From: Octopus sinensis
Taxonomy: Eukaryota
Assembly (NCBI RefSeq): GCF_006345805.1
Contig: NC_043014.1
Location: 29,884,001-29,948,000 of the forward strand
Reading direction: 5' to 3'
DNA: 64,000 nt
Below are positions 37,020 through 50,839 of this stretch, one piece after another. Made by a program: the position numbers and the translations under genes. Position 1 is the stretch's first letter. Each line of letters begins with the position of its first letter. The notes beneath the pieces were generated by a model. It made no database searches. It was not told the origin of the DNA and saw nothing but the letters and a program-made list of their open reading frames with translations.

Positions 37020-38830
37020 TCCTCATTGCAAATATGACTCACTGGAAGACAAAACTGATGATGAACATGACATCACTAGGGAGTGTAGCCATTGAAAAAA
37101 AATTCACGGTGACACTTTCTCTTTTGTGATTTGTTATTGCACTAATATTCATTTGAATGACATTTAGAACAGTAAAAATTGGCTACAAACTAGGAAGAAA
37201 TACACCTCTAAATCATTTATCCTTCATGGATGATTTGAAAATATTAGCAAAGTCTGAAAAAGAAACTCCACTTAACGCTGTAAAGATGCGTAGTGATATT
37301 GGAATGGAGTTTGGTATATCAAAATGTAAGTTTAATAATGGAAAGAGGGAGGAGAGCCCATTGTAATGGAATAAACTTACTGGAAGAACAGACTTTAGAT
37401 CCTGATGACAATAGGTACAAGTAACTTGGCATACTGGAACTCAATTTTATGCATAAAGGAGTGAAGGAAAAAGTGAAAACAATATATCTGAAGGAGTTAA
37501 AGTTTGTACTGAAGTCCAAACAGTAGCGATTGCTACTGTGTTACAGTGTTGGAATAGAGAATTGGATGAAGAATGAAATGGAGGCATTAGATAGAATAAC
37601 CCTAGCTATGCATGGAGCACTTAATCTAAAGGTAAATGTTAGTTGCTAATACAAGAAACAGAAGATAGGGGGGGAGAGAACTTATTAGCATTTTTGAAGA
37701 ATAAAGGTCACTAAAGATTAGTAAATCAAAGAGTAATGAATTACTACTTTCTGCAAGAGAATTAAGAGTTCCTTGTGTTAAAGAAAGAGAAGAAAACATA
37801 CCAAAGTAGAAATGTAGTTACTTGAACAATTTCAGAGACATTCTTAAATGTTAGAATGTTGAACAATTTCAGAGACATTCTTCAATGTTAAAAAAAAGGA
37901 AAAAATCATGACTCATGATGGGAGTTTGTTCTGGAGAGAAACTGAGTTCATTGCTGGTTGTTCATGATGAAACTCAAAACACTAGAGTAGTAAGCTACAC
38001 TTTTTAAACAAGTGCTATGTAATCAGTGAGAGGAAAATATCGAGCATATTGTAGTAGAGAGCTCAGAAGGAATACAAGTGACGTCATAAATTTTGTCTAA
38101 ATTAACACTGATCACCTTACAGATAATATGGATGCAACACTTTAGGCAAGTGGTATAATCACATAGCAGTAATGCTCAAAATCAAGTGTTCTCAACTGGG
38201 ATCTATACAAGATTTTGTTAAAAGTTATCTACAATAAATTCTTTATACTTCTACAATACATAAAATATTATTTTTTTATATACTTCCTAATAATATTTAA
38301 TTATAAAAATACAGTAGAATGTATTTTATGCATATCAAATGGCTATGGAAGTCCAGTAGAGTAAAATAGGAATCAAAGGTGTCCTTAAGAAAAAAAATGG
38401 TTGAGAAATATTGCTCTAAATGAACTTGGTAAACCAAAAATTGTGTGGTATTTTGACATCCAGAACAAATGAAGATCATAGACAGATATCATTTTATGAC
38501 ATGAAAAAAAAAAAAAAGAATGCCTTGTAATACTTGTAATACTTTCAAACCAAGATACCACAGACAAAGAAGAAATAGAGATCTCACTATATTTGCCAAT
38601 TTAAAAGTAGAGATATCAAGAATGTGGAAACATCAAGCAGCAAAATGAAGTTGTACCAGTTATCTTCAGAATATTAGGATCAGCCCCCACCCCAGGACAA
38701 AAAAAAAACAAAACAAAACTGTTATATACCCTTGGAACACCTGGACTTCAACATATATGTGAAAACTCCAAAAATCTACCTCCTTTGAAACACTTTACAC
38801 TCTTTAAAGAGGCCCACTCCGTCTAGGACC
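37020..38830 (+). mobile_element. Decayed R4/Dong-like (REL-type) non-LTR retrotransposon
   Basis: LNHLSFMDDLKILAKS...IGMEFGISKC, YK*LGILE, and downstream remnants of the endonuclease region (vvpvi). Confidence 0.65.
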
Positions 38831-40441
38831 CTTTGTTAAGGCTTGACAATTAACAAAGAAAAAAACAACAAAATATCTAGTAATTTATATCCACACTGTG
38901 CAATGCAATAAAATAATAATGGCTTCAAATGTTAGCACAAGGCTGACAATTGTGGGGGGAGGTGGTTAATCAGCTCACCACCTTCAGCAACATCAACACA
39001 ACAACAACAATAATAATGATTTAAAATTTCTGAGACAAGGTCAGAAATTTCAGGGGAGGGGATAAGTTGATTACATTGACCCTGGTGTTCAATGGTACTT
39101 ATTTTATCAACCTTGAAAGGATGAAAGGCAAAGATGGCCTTGGCAGAATTTGAACTCAGAATATAAAGATGGACAAAATGTCACCTTGATGATGATGATG
39201 ATAAGAAGAAGAACAATAACAATCTACAAAGTGGCTCTTATGACTTTTCTTAGAAACTCAAGATAGGGTTAACATAGGAGGATGTCACAAGCTGGTGTGA
39301 TTTTTAACCTTGGCTACAATTGATATGAAACTGCAAGATGATAATATTTCTGTATATTCGAAGTGTTTTAGGTTGTGTGGTAGATCTATTAGGTGTAAAT
39401 GCAAGTAATGTTGATATCAAGTTACTGCAAAATCTCACTGAATTACAAGAGTGATGAAAAATTTCAACCTAGATACAAGCACAGCAAACAGAGAAAAGTA
39501 ATGAAATTTATAAAAACTATAATTCATAGAAAAGTTATGGAATTGCTAGAGAGCTTCCACTTTTATGGAGAAAGCAGAATTATTTGGATTTTTTTTTACT
39601 TATTGAATTTGGCTTTAGTAAAGGAACTTACAATCAAAGGCAAAAGGCAAGCAACTATTTGGAAATAGGGATCAACATCGTGACCAGATTTTGAAAAAAA
39701 CTTGCAATTTTGCATCAACCACAAACATCACACTGAATCAAGTACCAATTATAATAGTTTTTTGTTACTATATACTTTATGTTTTTAAGAATTATTATTC
39801 TTGGTACACATTTTTAAAGATAATTCATGGTGACGTTCATAATTTTATGTTGCTAATGAACTTCATTTGCTAATACAGTTTTATCTGGATAAAAATGGTC
39901 ATTTCTATGACAAAGCTGCAGTTAATATACACTGCAAATGCTATGTTTTCCACTAACAACATCTATAGGATGGGTTACATGGATGCAAGTAGGAGCTGTA
40001 AGCAAAACAAAAAAAAAATGGTTAGGAACCATTGACAGAGAACAGTTAAGCATTTTGAAAGGTCAAAAAAATAAAAGCTGTTGTAAACTAGTTCTTTGAA
40101 TGGAATAGGATCCCATTTAGGTTGTGTGTAAGATGGTGGATTATCAGGTAGGTCTCATAAGACTAAGAATATTGGTGTAGATCATATCAACAGGCATTAA
40201 AATGTTCATGATAATAATGACACTGATACAATGCCATTAGTGGGCTTGCAAGGCATTGCAATGCCATTGGTATGTATGTGTGACATTGTAATGTCATTAA
40301 CAGGCTTGCATTAACATTACAATATCAGTAGCAGGCTCTGATATTATATGCATAATCATCAAATAAATAAGTATGGCTCAGCAATTAATAATAAAGCAAC
40401 ATAACAGACAAAAGAAACTGTATCAATAAATCAGTACTTAC

Positions 40442-40783
40442 CAATATTGAAGATCCTCATGAATGATTCTTCTCCAACAGTATTATTAACACTACACTTT
40501 ATGGCTATCTTCATCTCTCTGTTTGGGTAATACTTCAAGCTAATTTTCTGCCTGGTCTGGCATGAAGTTGCAATAGGTTCTAGACCTAATCTAGAAACAT
40601 TTTCTGTAATGTGGTTGAAGCTTTTGAGACTGAGGTCATCAGTAATGAACCAATCTACATTGCCAGGAGGGTTGCCAACTTCGGAATCACATATTAAATG
40701 AATCTGTTTACCTACGTTAAACTCATATTCTTTATCAGCCAGAATAATAAAGTTGGATCGTATTTCAACTTTCTCAGGTGGAG
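40442..40783 (-). CDS. IgSF receptor membrane-proximal Ig domain exon (C2/I-set-like)
   Basis: tttctatcttatttcag|CT CCA...ATT G|gtaagt, 342 nt, stop-free, phase 1 to 1: PPEKVEIRSNFIILADKEYEFNVGKQIHLICDSEVGNPPGNVDWFITDDLSLKSFNHITENVSRLGLEPIATSCQTRQKISLKYYPNREMKIAIKCSVNNTVGEESFMRIFNI. Has the B-strand Cys, GNPP, C-strand Trp, F-strand Cys, and sequons NVS and NNT. Confidence 0.92.
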
Positions 40784-41699
40784 CTGAAATAAGATAGAAA
40801 AAAGATCTTGTTAATAATTGCAGATGGCTTAAAAGTGCTGGGATTTGAACCTGCGGTTTGCAAGTTCAAAACCCCTTGTGTTGCATATTGTTTGCTTTGT
40901 AAACTAGCAGAAAATGAATGTTACTTCTACTTCATAGTGAAAGAAGTTGAAATCAAGATACATCTTTAACTTTGCATTAAGTGACAGCATTTAACCTACA
41001 ATACGATCAGTGGAAAGTCTTCCTCCTTTTAGGTGCAGATGTTGATCAAGCAACCCAGTTACCACCACAATCAGTGGACACTTTTCTTTTTGCCAAGTGT
41101 GGAGCTTTCAGATTGTCATCATTAACATTGGAATGATGAAAGGTAGGTCTGGAAAGATTGTAATAGAGCTGTTAAAGTAGAAGTAAGTAGATGAGTGGTT
41201 TGTACAAGATGTGGCAGGGAAGGGGGTTTCATGCAGATTTCTCACAGGTAAGAAATGCAAGTACAAATTCTTTTGGGTGGGTGACAACTCTGGAGTATAA
41301 ACATGTTGGCAGAGAAACAGAATAACAGAGTAGATAACTTGACAGTAAGAGTGATCCATAGCCAGGACTGATAGATGAACAAAAAAAAAACAAAAAAAAA
41401 AACAAAAATTTCTATGAAATTCCATTGCCAACTACCTTCATAATGAATGACATTGACCTTGTTGTAATAAGGTGGTGACTTCAATGGACATATTGAGACA
41501 GGTTGGTTATTCTGATGTACATGGAGGTTATGGCCATGTACCAAAGAAAGAAGAGGAATGAAAGCTTTTTGAATTTAGGGATAGAAATGATACCACAAGT
41601 TTTAGAAAGTCACCTATCTGATTACCTACCATTCAGGTGAACATGTGAACCAAATAGACTTCACATTTATAAATAACTGGGATACAGACAACAGATTCC

Positions 41700-43450
41700 T
41701 CATCATCATCATCATTTAACATCAGTTTTCCATGCTGGCAAGGGACCGGATGGTTTGACAGGAGCTAGCAAGACCGGGAACCACACCAGTCTCCATTATC
41801 TGTTTTGGCATGGTTTCTAGAGCAGGATGACCTTTCTAACATTAACCACTTTACAGAGTGCACTGGGGTGCTTTTTACATGGCACCATCACCAACAGGGT
41901 CACCAAGTAACTTACAAGACAAAAGTCCTTCAACTGGGAGTGGGGAGTAGCATTGAAAGGGTGGTGGCTAAAAGGTATAGAAGGACAGAGATAGGTTTGT
42001 TGCTGTAGAGTAGATACATGGATACCCAAGTTAGAAGAGAAAGTAGAGTGAGTCGGAGAGCAATAGTGAGTGAGATGGTGATGAAATGTGTCGAGACATG
42101 CTCTTGAGGGATCTTGGGGGTGGTGAGAATAAGTGAGGTGGTAAAGAGGTTTGGACTGGGTGAGCAGGCAGGATATAGGGGACTAGCAAATGGAGAGAAA
42201 TATAGGAGAGGATCAGGGACAGGGGTTGCAGTAAATGTGTGGGAATTGAGAGTGAAAGCACAAAAAAAGGAAGAGATTGGTGGAGACAATAGGCAGGGGA
42301 AGATAACGGGAAATGGAAGTGGTTTAGGGTGGGGGAATGAACGTAACTGAGAAAGCTGGGAAATGTAGTGTATACCAATTCTGCTCTCAGGTGATGAAGA
42401 AATGATGGGTGTTAGGGGATGAAATGCTTGATGGGACAGAGAGGATGGAGGTGTGGACAAGCATTACCAAGGTGGTTTTAGGATATTGAGTTTGCTGTGG
42501 TGGACGATGCCAGATGTCTCAGTCCTTCATCATCTCCTTCCTATGGCTCAGCATCTTGAGATTGGCCTTCAGTACTTCATCCCACGTCTTCCTGGGTCTC
42601 CCTCTTCCACAAGTTCTATCCACTTTAAGCAATTGGAACTTCTTCATGCAACTATCCTCATCCATATGCATCACCTAATCAAACTAGTGCAGTCTTCTCT
42701 TCATCCCACTGCATCAGATTCCCCTGATGCTCAGCTTTTCTCTCAATACACTAGCACTCTGTCATACATGTACACTGACATTGCATATCCAGCATGGCAT
42801 ACTAGTTTTATTCCTCTCTAGTCTTTACATGTCCTCTGCATTCAGGGACAATATCTCATTACCATGTAGCATTGTTGTTCATACACATGCATCATACAAC
42901 CTTCCTTTTACTTACAGAGAGAGAGACCTTTGATGCCAACAGAGGTAAAAAAACAAAAACTCCCAGAATTTTCTGCATTCTATTTTTATTCTAGTAATTA
43001 CACCTCTGCTAATTAGGTGCCCTAGGTAGCAGAAATTATCCACTACTTTTAGTATATTTGAGAAAATCAATTTCCCATGTATCTGTAGACTTTATGGCTC
43101 CTGTGTATCTTCTACACACAAACACTTCCCATTATTTCATCACACCTTTTTTGTGTCCATAGCTTGAAATGAGTACACTGCATAAAATTTCTGCCTATAC
43201 TTTCATAGATATCGAACCTGGCCGTTTACCTGAAGTGGGTAGGTTCTGCTTGATTTTTTTGCTTACTAGAACCTTGATCTTTGCTAACCTAAAGACACTT
43301 TGATTTTAGATTCTGCTTCCAAGCCTGGAATTTCTTTTCTGGTTCTGTTACAGAATCTGCTATGAGAGCAAGATCATTTCCCAGGGACAGTCAGTCTTGA
43401 ATTCTTCTGTTATGGCCTGGAGGACAATGATGAATAGGAGATTGTAAATA
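41700..43450 (-). mobile_element. Old degenerate RTE LINE
   Basis: (CAT)n tail at ~41700, purine-rich 3'UTR, decayed ORF2 ending IIVLQAITEEFKTDCPWE. Confidence 0.8.
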
Positions 43451-44199
43451 TGCACCACTCGTGAGAGATACTCACAGAAATATTGAAAATATTTATGTGC
43501 AAGCATGGCTGTAGGGTTAAGAAACTTACTTCTCAACCATATGGTCTTGGGTTGCCTCACTGCTTGGCACCTTGGGCAAGTGTATTCTATAGCCTTATGA
43601 GTAGATTTGGTAGATGGAAACTGAAAGAAACTCATTGCATGAGAAAGAGAAGAGATAGATGTATGACAGGACAATTGAAGTTCTTATAGGACAAACTATG
43701 GTGGGCTACAGACCAATTGTGACATGGTCATGGAACAGTAGAAGTAGACAGAGACATAAAAGCAAAGAAACAGGTTTGGAAAGATTAGAAGAGAGTAAGT
43801 CAGCAGAAAGAATGAGGTTTGTCCATGTTTTGTGGCTTGAGAACTAGAGGCATGAAATGTTCCAGGTTGCAAGGCCAGTTGGGCTGGCCATAAAAAAAAT
43901 TTGTTTCAACAAATTCTGTCTGACCCATGCAAGCAGGTTAGTTACTTAAAATAGTCAATCACATAGAGAAGAAAGGTATTATCTTCAATGAAAGCAGAGA
44001 AAATGCTATGCCATTCATTACCATCAATTTATGGTAAACTTTAAATTGATGGCAAAGAAAACAAGTGGCAGAGAGAATTATAGTAAAACTAATCAGGGAG
44101 AAAATTAGTTCAGATGGTGTGCAGTTTAGGTTTGTGGTAGGATATGGAAGCAATGGTTGCTCTCTTCTTTGAGAAGTAACTACAGTAGAAAAACCTTAA

Positions 44200-44960
44200 T
44201 TAAGAGCAAATCACTACACTTCATGAACAGAAGAAGGCCTTGTGTAAGGTACCACACTGTAGTCCAATGGTTGTTAAGAAAAGTGGGCATAGATAAATGG
44301 TTTGTTAGAGCTATGCAAGTCATATATATGCATAAGGTCAGGAAAGTGAGAAGTATGCTCAGTCAAAAAAATTTCTCAGGTTGGGTCAGTCTTCAGTCCT
44401 TTTTGTTTAATTTTAACTTTCCGGATCATAACAAAGGAATTTAAAACTGATTGTCCATAGGAATTCCTATTTGTTAATAACCTGGTAACAAAGAATTAGT
44501 AAGTCAAAGAATTAGAGAAGTTTCAAATATGGAAGCAAGCTCAAGAATCAAGAAGCCTGAGGGTCAACTTAGATTACTAACTAAAACTTTTGACTTTGCT
44601 AATTGGCACTACCTCAGTTATGATGATGAATGTTCCAGGTGATCCGATCAATGGAACAGCCATCTCATGAAATTAACATGCAAGTAGCTGTGCATGCATG
44701 AAAGAGCCCAAGTATACTTCTGGGAGAAAAACTAGGTATTAAAAGGATCAGATATAGTGCACAAAAGAGAAGACAATGCGGGCAAGGATATGTGCATCAT
44801 ATGTAGAGTGAAAGAATGTCAAGTGATTCAAGTGAAAGGAACCTGTGAAAGAGGAAGACAAACCAAAGAGAATGTGGAAAGAAGTGGTGAGCTCTGATTT
44901 TGAGGATGTGCTGGAACATATTCATCTAACCCATAAAAGAAAAGGACATAAAACAATGAC
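44200..44960 (+). mobile_element. Very decayed RTE LINE fragment
   Basis: WLLRKVGIDKWFVRAMQV.Y and gaaggaacctgtgaaagaggaagacaaaccaaagag (GTCxRGR..KTW remnant). Confidence 0.6.
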
Positions 44961-47900
44961 AATTCAACCAACAGTACTAAGGGACAATCATTAAAGAGAA
45001 AAATAGCTGTTGTTGGTGGTGGTGGGGATAATGTATTTCTCAACCTACATAAAATAATCTAATTTATACTCACTTTCCACACCAATTATTTAATCTGCCC
45101 ACACATCAAATCCAAACTCCTATGCAATCCTCCTCCTATTCCTTTAGTAGACCAGTCTTATCATAAAACCACTTCATGTTACATTAAAATTTCTTCATAA
45201 TACTCATTTAGCCCCACATACTCTCTGCCTTTTCAAAGTAGTTATATTGCTCAGATCTCTATGAAATTCTTTGTTAACTGTTAGGTTTTGTGATTCCTGA
45301 AAAGCTTGTAAGAGTTTGGTGCATAAATTTGGCTTCATGGTGCTGTGGACAAAAGATATAGTTTGTCCTGCTTATGTTACTGGTACTTCAGGTAATACAG
45401 ATTTATCTGGTAATAGCTAGATGAAATGAAGCAGTGTTCAAAAAACAGAATGAATGCCAGTAGGGGATTTGAACTGATGACCTTTGAGCATTTATTGTCA
45501 TATCTTCATACACAGACCTTTGATCACAAAGACCAAAATCAGCTATTAACTTTTTAGAAGGAAACGTGCTCTTTCTCTACTAGTTTGTCTCAGACAATTC
45601 AAAGTGTAGTGAGGGTAATTCCTTCTCAACAGGCTTCACATATTGCCAAATCCAGTGAGTTAGCTACCCCAAATATTACACCAAAGACTATATTATTATC
45701 GTGCATACAGTATTGTTCCTTCTCTACACAATACTTGCGAGGAATTGGCGATTATTTAAGTACCACCAACAAGATGTTCATATGGAAGCATGAAATCATA
45801 AGCAAGATGACTCACCATTCACACACACAAATTAACGTTTGTAAAAAAAAGAATGGTAACTTCCAGTTCTTCCCAGTTTCAGATATGCAATGATTCTTTA
45901 CCAATGGTATTTTTATCCCAACTGTACTCAAACCACTAACCAGGTGTTGTTCAACAATGCATCCAATACCATTAAACCATACAGACATTAAATCTCTTTC
46001 ACATCAGTCTCCTATTGCAATCACAATAATTTAACGGTGTATTCTCGTAGTTAGCTTGTAAGGATGATCCAGAATTGTTGTTATCATGAAAATCCCAAAC
46101 AACTTAACCCTCCACTTCTGCCATCAAGTATATACGATGAAATACAGAAACACACATCTGTGTGATCCATTCCTGCCAAACAGTAATTGATGACACTTGT
46201 TCTCACAGACAAAGTTTTTAAAGTAAAGTAGATGATAAATATAACTCCTGAGTACAATATCATGATACTCTGCTGAATCACCTAGCTCTTTTAGCAATTT
46301 TTCATGAGAAGAAAAAAAACTGTTCACAACACTTCTCATATAAAAACATCTTGAAGACTATGAAACTCCCTAAACTTAAACTTAGATGAACCTTAAATTT
46401 TTACAGTCAAAAGAATACTTCAACCCTAACCAATTGATAAAACTTTAGAAAGCAAAACTATAGACCACATTTATTTTTTTGTTTAACTTTAAGCTAGGAG
46501 ACTCATGTCTAAAAGAAACTTTACTTCTACAAAATATGACTGAGGGAATGTTCTAAATTTATCCAGACCAGCCAGTATCTGATCTCACTTGTCTTTTTCA
46601 CTTAGTTTCTTCCAGAAATCCCAATGTTATGAAAACATCATTAAAAAAAAAAACCCGGTTACATCTATAATAATGAAAGCAAAATTCTGTCTGTTTGTCT
46701 GTCTGGGTCCCTTGTATCTCAGTCTACATTTGCTCTACATAGACGTATTATACCTTTTTGGAATCAAGATGATCCCAGGATTGAAAATCTACCCTCCATT
46801 TGGTTCTTGAACGTCCAGCATTGAACATCCGATTTAAAAGCATTTGGGTTGCTATTTCTAGCAGGTAAAGCTTGGCTGATTCATGCCATCTTGGTTGGCA
46901 TTTGTCAGATGATGTCAGAGACAAAAGGGAAGATAAATGACATTCGCTTTGTTAATTTTATGCCAAGATAAAAACTTTGGGATAAATTGGCCAGCAGTGG
47001 GAATTCAAATTGGGACTGGAACAATAAAATGATTGTATTACAGAATTAATTCTCATCTGTCTTTAACCTCTGATCAAACACCACCAGGGCATATAGTCAT
47101 TACAGATCTATTATAGTCATGCTATTTAGATCTCTTTGGTTTTGGGCCACAGGCCTAATTTAATCTTCTACAGGAGCTAGCTTAAAAGTCTGCATAGAGT
47201 GCAGCTTTTAAGCTAGTACTATATAAAACAAAATAAATTAATTTGGATATTTATTGTGTTTAAAGAGAAAAAATATACCAGCTGTTTGTTCTTTCTGTTT
47301 GATACTAATTATGCAAGAATTCTTTCAAAAATCTCTGAACAAAAAAACAAAGGTTAAAATTGTGGTAAAAAGTTTGGCTTCGTAACCACATGGTTTCAGG
47401 CTCAATCTCATTGTGTGGAACCTAGGGCAAGTATTTTCTACAATATCCCGGGCTAACCAAAGCTTTGTGAGTGGATTTGGTAGATGGAAAAAGGGAAGCT
47501 TGTCACATATACACATATATGTTTGTATCTTCATCATTATTATTATTATTATTTAATGTCCATTTTCCATGCTGGCTTTGGGTTGGACAGTTTAACAAAA
47601 GCTAGGAAGGTGGGAGATTCCAGTGAGATTTGGCATGGTTTCTATCACTGGAAGCTCTTTATAATGCCAACCACTTTATAGAGTGTGCTGGATTCTTTTA
47701 TATAGAACCATATATGACAAGTCTTATATATAGACGTGTGTGTATCTCTCTCTCTCTCTACATATATATATATATTTTTTTTTTTGTCTGTCTGTCACTC
47801 TCTCTCAGAGGGTAACATGGTACATTTCAATTCTGAAAAACAAAACCCTAGAAATATAGCTTGCAAATGAAAAGCTCAACCATAGTTTCAACTCAGAGGT

Positions 47901-48484
47901 ATACAATCCTATTGGAGAAGTCATTAGAACTGCAATAAGATCAGCTGCCATAGAAACACAATTTCTCATGTCAGCTTTGGTATTCCTCCGTCTCTCTTAG
48001 AGTGGTAGCCATTAATGAAACAAAATCCTGCCTTGGTTATAAACTAATTCTTAATACAAAAGGTCACTTGTTAGTCTGAGTGCTTGTGTCAAGTCTTCCA
48101 TAAAAACTGCCACATATATTGTAGAACTGAACTACTGACTGTATTAAATGACATTTGTAACTATCAATAAAACAGTTCTAACATTGAGCCAAAATATTAC
48201 AGAGAACGATACCTCACTACATAAGAGTAACATCACTGTCAAGCTCTACTGTTACATATTGTCACCTTGACACCAGATTTACAAACATTTCATTAAAATT
48301 TTAGCAGTAGTGAACACACTGAAACTAGGGACAGTTTGATTTAAGCATTAGGACTCTGCTAAATCATCTTCGATGGATAAATAGGAGCTACTACACAATG
48401 AACTTAGTAAGCGTTAAAGAAACTAAAAAAAAAAGTTTAACCTTTTAGCATTCAGATTATTCTGTCAACTGTAATGCTTCTTTA

Positions 48485-50052
48485 TTCATCATCATCATTT
48501 AGCGTCCGCTTTCCATGCTAGCATGGGTTGGACGGTTCAACTGGGGTCCGGGAAGCCAGAAGGCTGCATCAGGCCCAGTCTGATCTGGCAGTGTTTCTAC
48601 GGCTGGATGCCCTTCCTAACGCCAACCAGGCTGGCAACGGACACGAACGGATGGTGCTTTTACGTGCCACTGGCACGGAGGCCAGTCGGGGCGGCGCTGG
48701 CAACGGCCACAATCGGATGGTTTGCTTACTTGTCACTGGCACTGGTACCACAGCTGCAATTTCCATTGATGTTGATCGACTTCGATTTTGGTTCTGCTTT
48801 CTGATATCGGATTTGGTTTGATTTTGATTTTGATTTTCACTTGCCTCAACGGGTCTTCACAAGTGGAGTTTTGTGTCCCAAGAAGGAAAGGTATGTAGGC
48901 CACAGGTTATGTTCTCACTAGTCTTGCCGGGTCTTCTCATGCACAGCATACTTCCATAGGTCTTGGTCTCTAGTCATTTCCTTGGTGAGACCTAAAGTTC
49001 GAAGGTCGCGCTTCACCACCTCGTCCCAAGTTTTCCTGGGTCTACCTCTTCCACAGGTTCCCTCAACTGCTAGGGTGTGGTACTTTTGCACACAACTATC
49101 TTCAGCCATTCTCGTCACATGACCATACCAGCGCAAACGTCTCTCTTGCACACCACAACTGATGCTTCTTAGGTCCAACTTTTCTCTCAAGGTACTTACA
49201 CTCTGTCGATTATGAACACTGACATTACACATCCATCGGAGCATACTGGCTTCATTTCTTGCGAGCTTACGCATATCCTCAGCAGTCACAGCCCATGTTT
49301 CACTACCATGTAGCATGGCTGTACGTACACATGCATCATACAGTCTGCCTTTTGCTCTGAGCAAGAGGCCTTTTGTCACCAGCAGGGGTAAGAGCTCTCT
49401 AAACTTTGCCCAGGCTATTCTTACTCTAACAGTTACACTTTCAGCACACCCACCCCCGCTACTAACTTGGTCACCTAGGTAGCGGAAGCTATCAACTACT
49501 TCTAGTTTTTATCCCTGGAACGTGGTAGAAGTTGGTCTCTGCACATTTTCAGTGTTTATTGCTCCTGAGCATCTGCCACAGATAAAAACTATTTTCCTAG
49601 TTAGCCTTCCTTTGACATTGCTACACCTCTTATGTGTCCATAGCTTACACTTGGTGCACCTTATAGAGTTTCTACCTACGCCTTTTTTACAAATCGAGCA
49701 GGGCCATCTACCTGAAGGCGGTTGTGATTGGTTTACCTTCCTACTTATTAGGACTTTGGTTTTGGCTAGGTTGATTCTAAGGCCCTTCGATTCTAAACCT
49801 TGCTTCCACACCTGAAACTTCTCCTCCAGTTCTGATAGTGACTCAGCAATTAGAGCAAGGTCATCAGCATAGAGGAGCTCCCAGGGGCATCCTGTCTTGA
49901 ATTCCTCCGTTATTGCCTGGAAGACTATGATAAATAGGAGGGGACTGAGGACTGAACCTTGGTGGACTCCAACCTCTACCCAGAATTCTTCACTGTACTC
50001 TTTGCCAACCCTCACCTTACTAGCAGCGTTTCTGTACATGGCTCGCACCATA
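48485..50052 (-). mobile_element. 5'-truncated RTE LINE, relatively intact
   Basis: ORFs 49509-50051 (GVHQGSVLSPLLF, LLYADDL) and 48918-49379 (RLRWYGH, GRGRPRKTW); 3'UTR and (CAT)n tail. Confidence 0.93.
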
Positions 50053-50839
50053 TTGTTTTGAATTAATCATGCATTATCTTGTAGCTTGAGATTTTGATGA
50101 TGCAACTGTATATTTTTAGACTGACATTGTAGGTTAAGTGTGGGAGGCCAGATCATACCAGTTTGCACATAAAACAGGTAAAATACTTGGGCCTGATATG
50201 GCTTGTTTAAAGTGTGTTCTGTAAAGATAAAAATTTCTCAACATGTTAAACTCCTAGACTCTTACAATTAATCAATGTAAAATAATTTTAACACTTAACA
50301 TTTTAATACTTCTTAATATATGCTACATATCTGGCTGTTTTCTTTTGTTACAGGCATCTAGATCAGAAACAAATTTCAATTTCTGTAGCATTAACTTCTT
50401 TGAGACAAACTACAGATCTGTTATAACTTTGTTAGCCCCCAAATCTAAAAGTTCTTATGCTTAGCTCCCACCCAATGAGCAACCCAACCCTTATGCCATC
50501 TCGTATGTTAGTGCTTCAGATTAGCTTCTCATCAGTACAGTAGTTAACTTAGCATGCACAAACTAATCCTTTAAAAACCTCTTTCAAAGCTGTTTTGTCT
50601 CTCCTTTTCTTTCCTTTCTTTTTTTGCAGAAAATCAAACTTGCTTGAGTAAAAATTGGTTTCTGGCTTTGCAGAGTAGACTTCATCCCTTAACACAGTAA
50701 GCCTAATCTATCAGATATCACAAATAGCAGACCCTCTTCACACACAACTCAGTAACCCTCAGCCAGATACATCATCAAACAAACCATTCCTATCACAGTT
50801 ACTTCTCTCTTTCTCACTCTCACATTCGCAGTTCAGCAT

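Noticed and set aside
45000-46400. Possible upstream Ig exon or transposase fossil
   Set aside because: All frames contain stops, no Ig Cys/Trp pattern, and only a vague piggyBac-like resemblance; cannot be supported.
47800-48480. Exon candidate between ttttttag and GAG|gtatcg
   Set aside because: Stops in all three phases.
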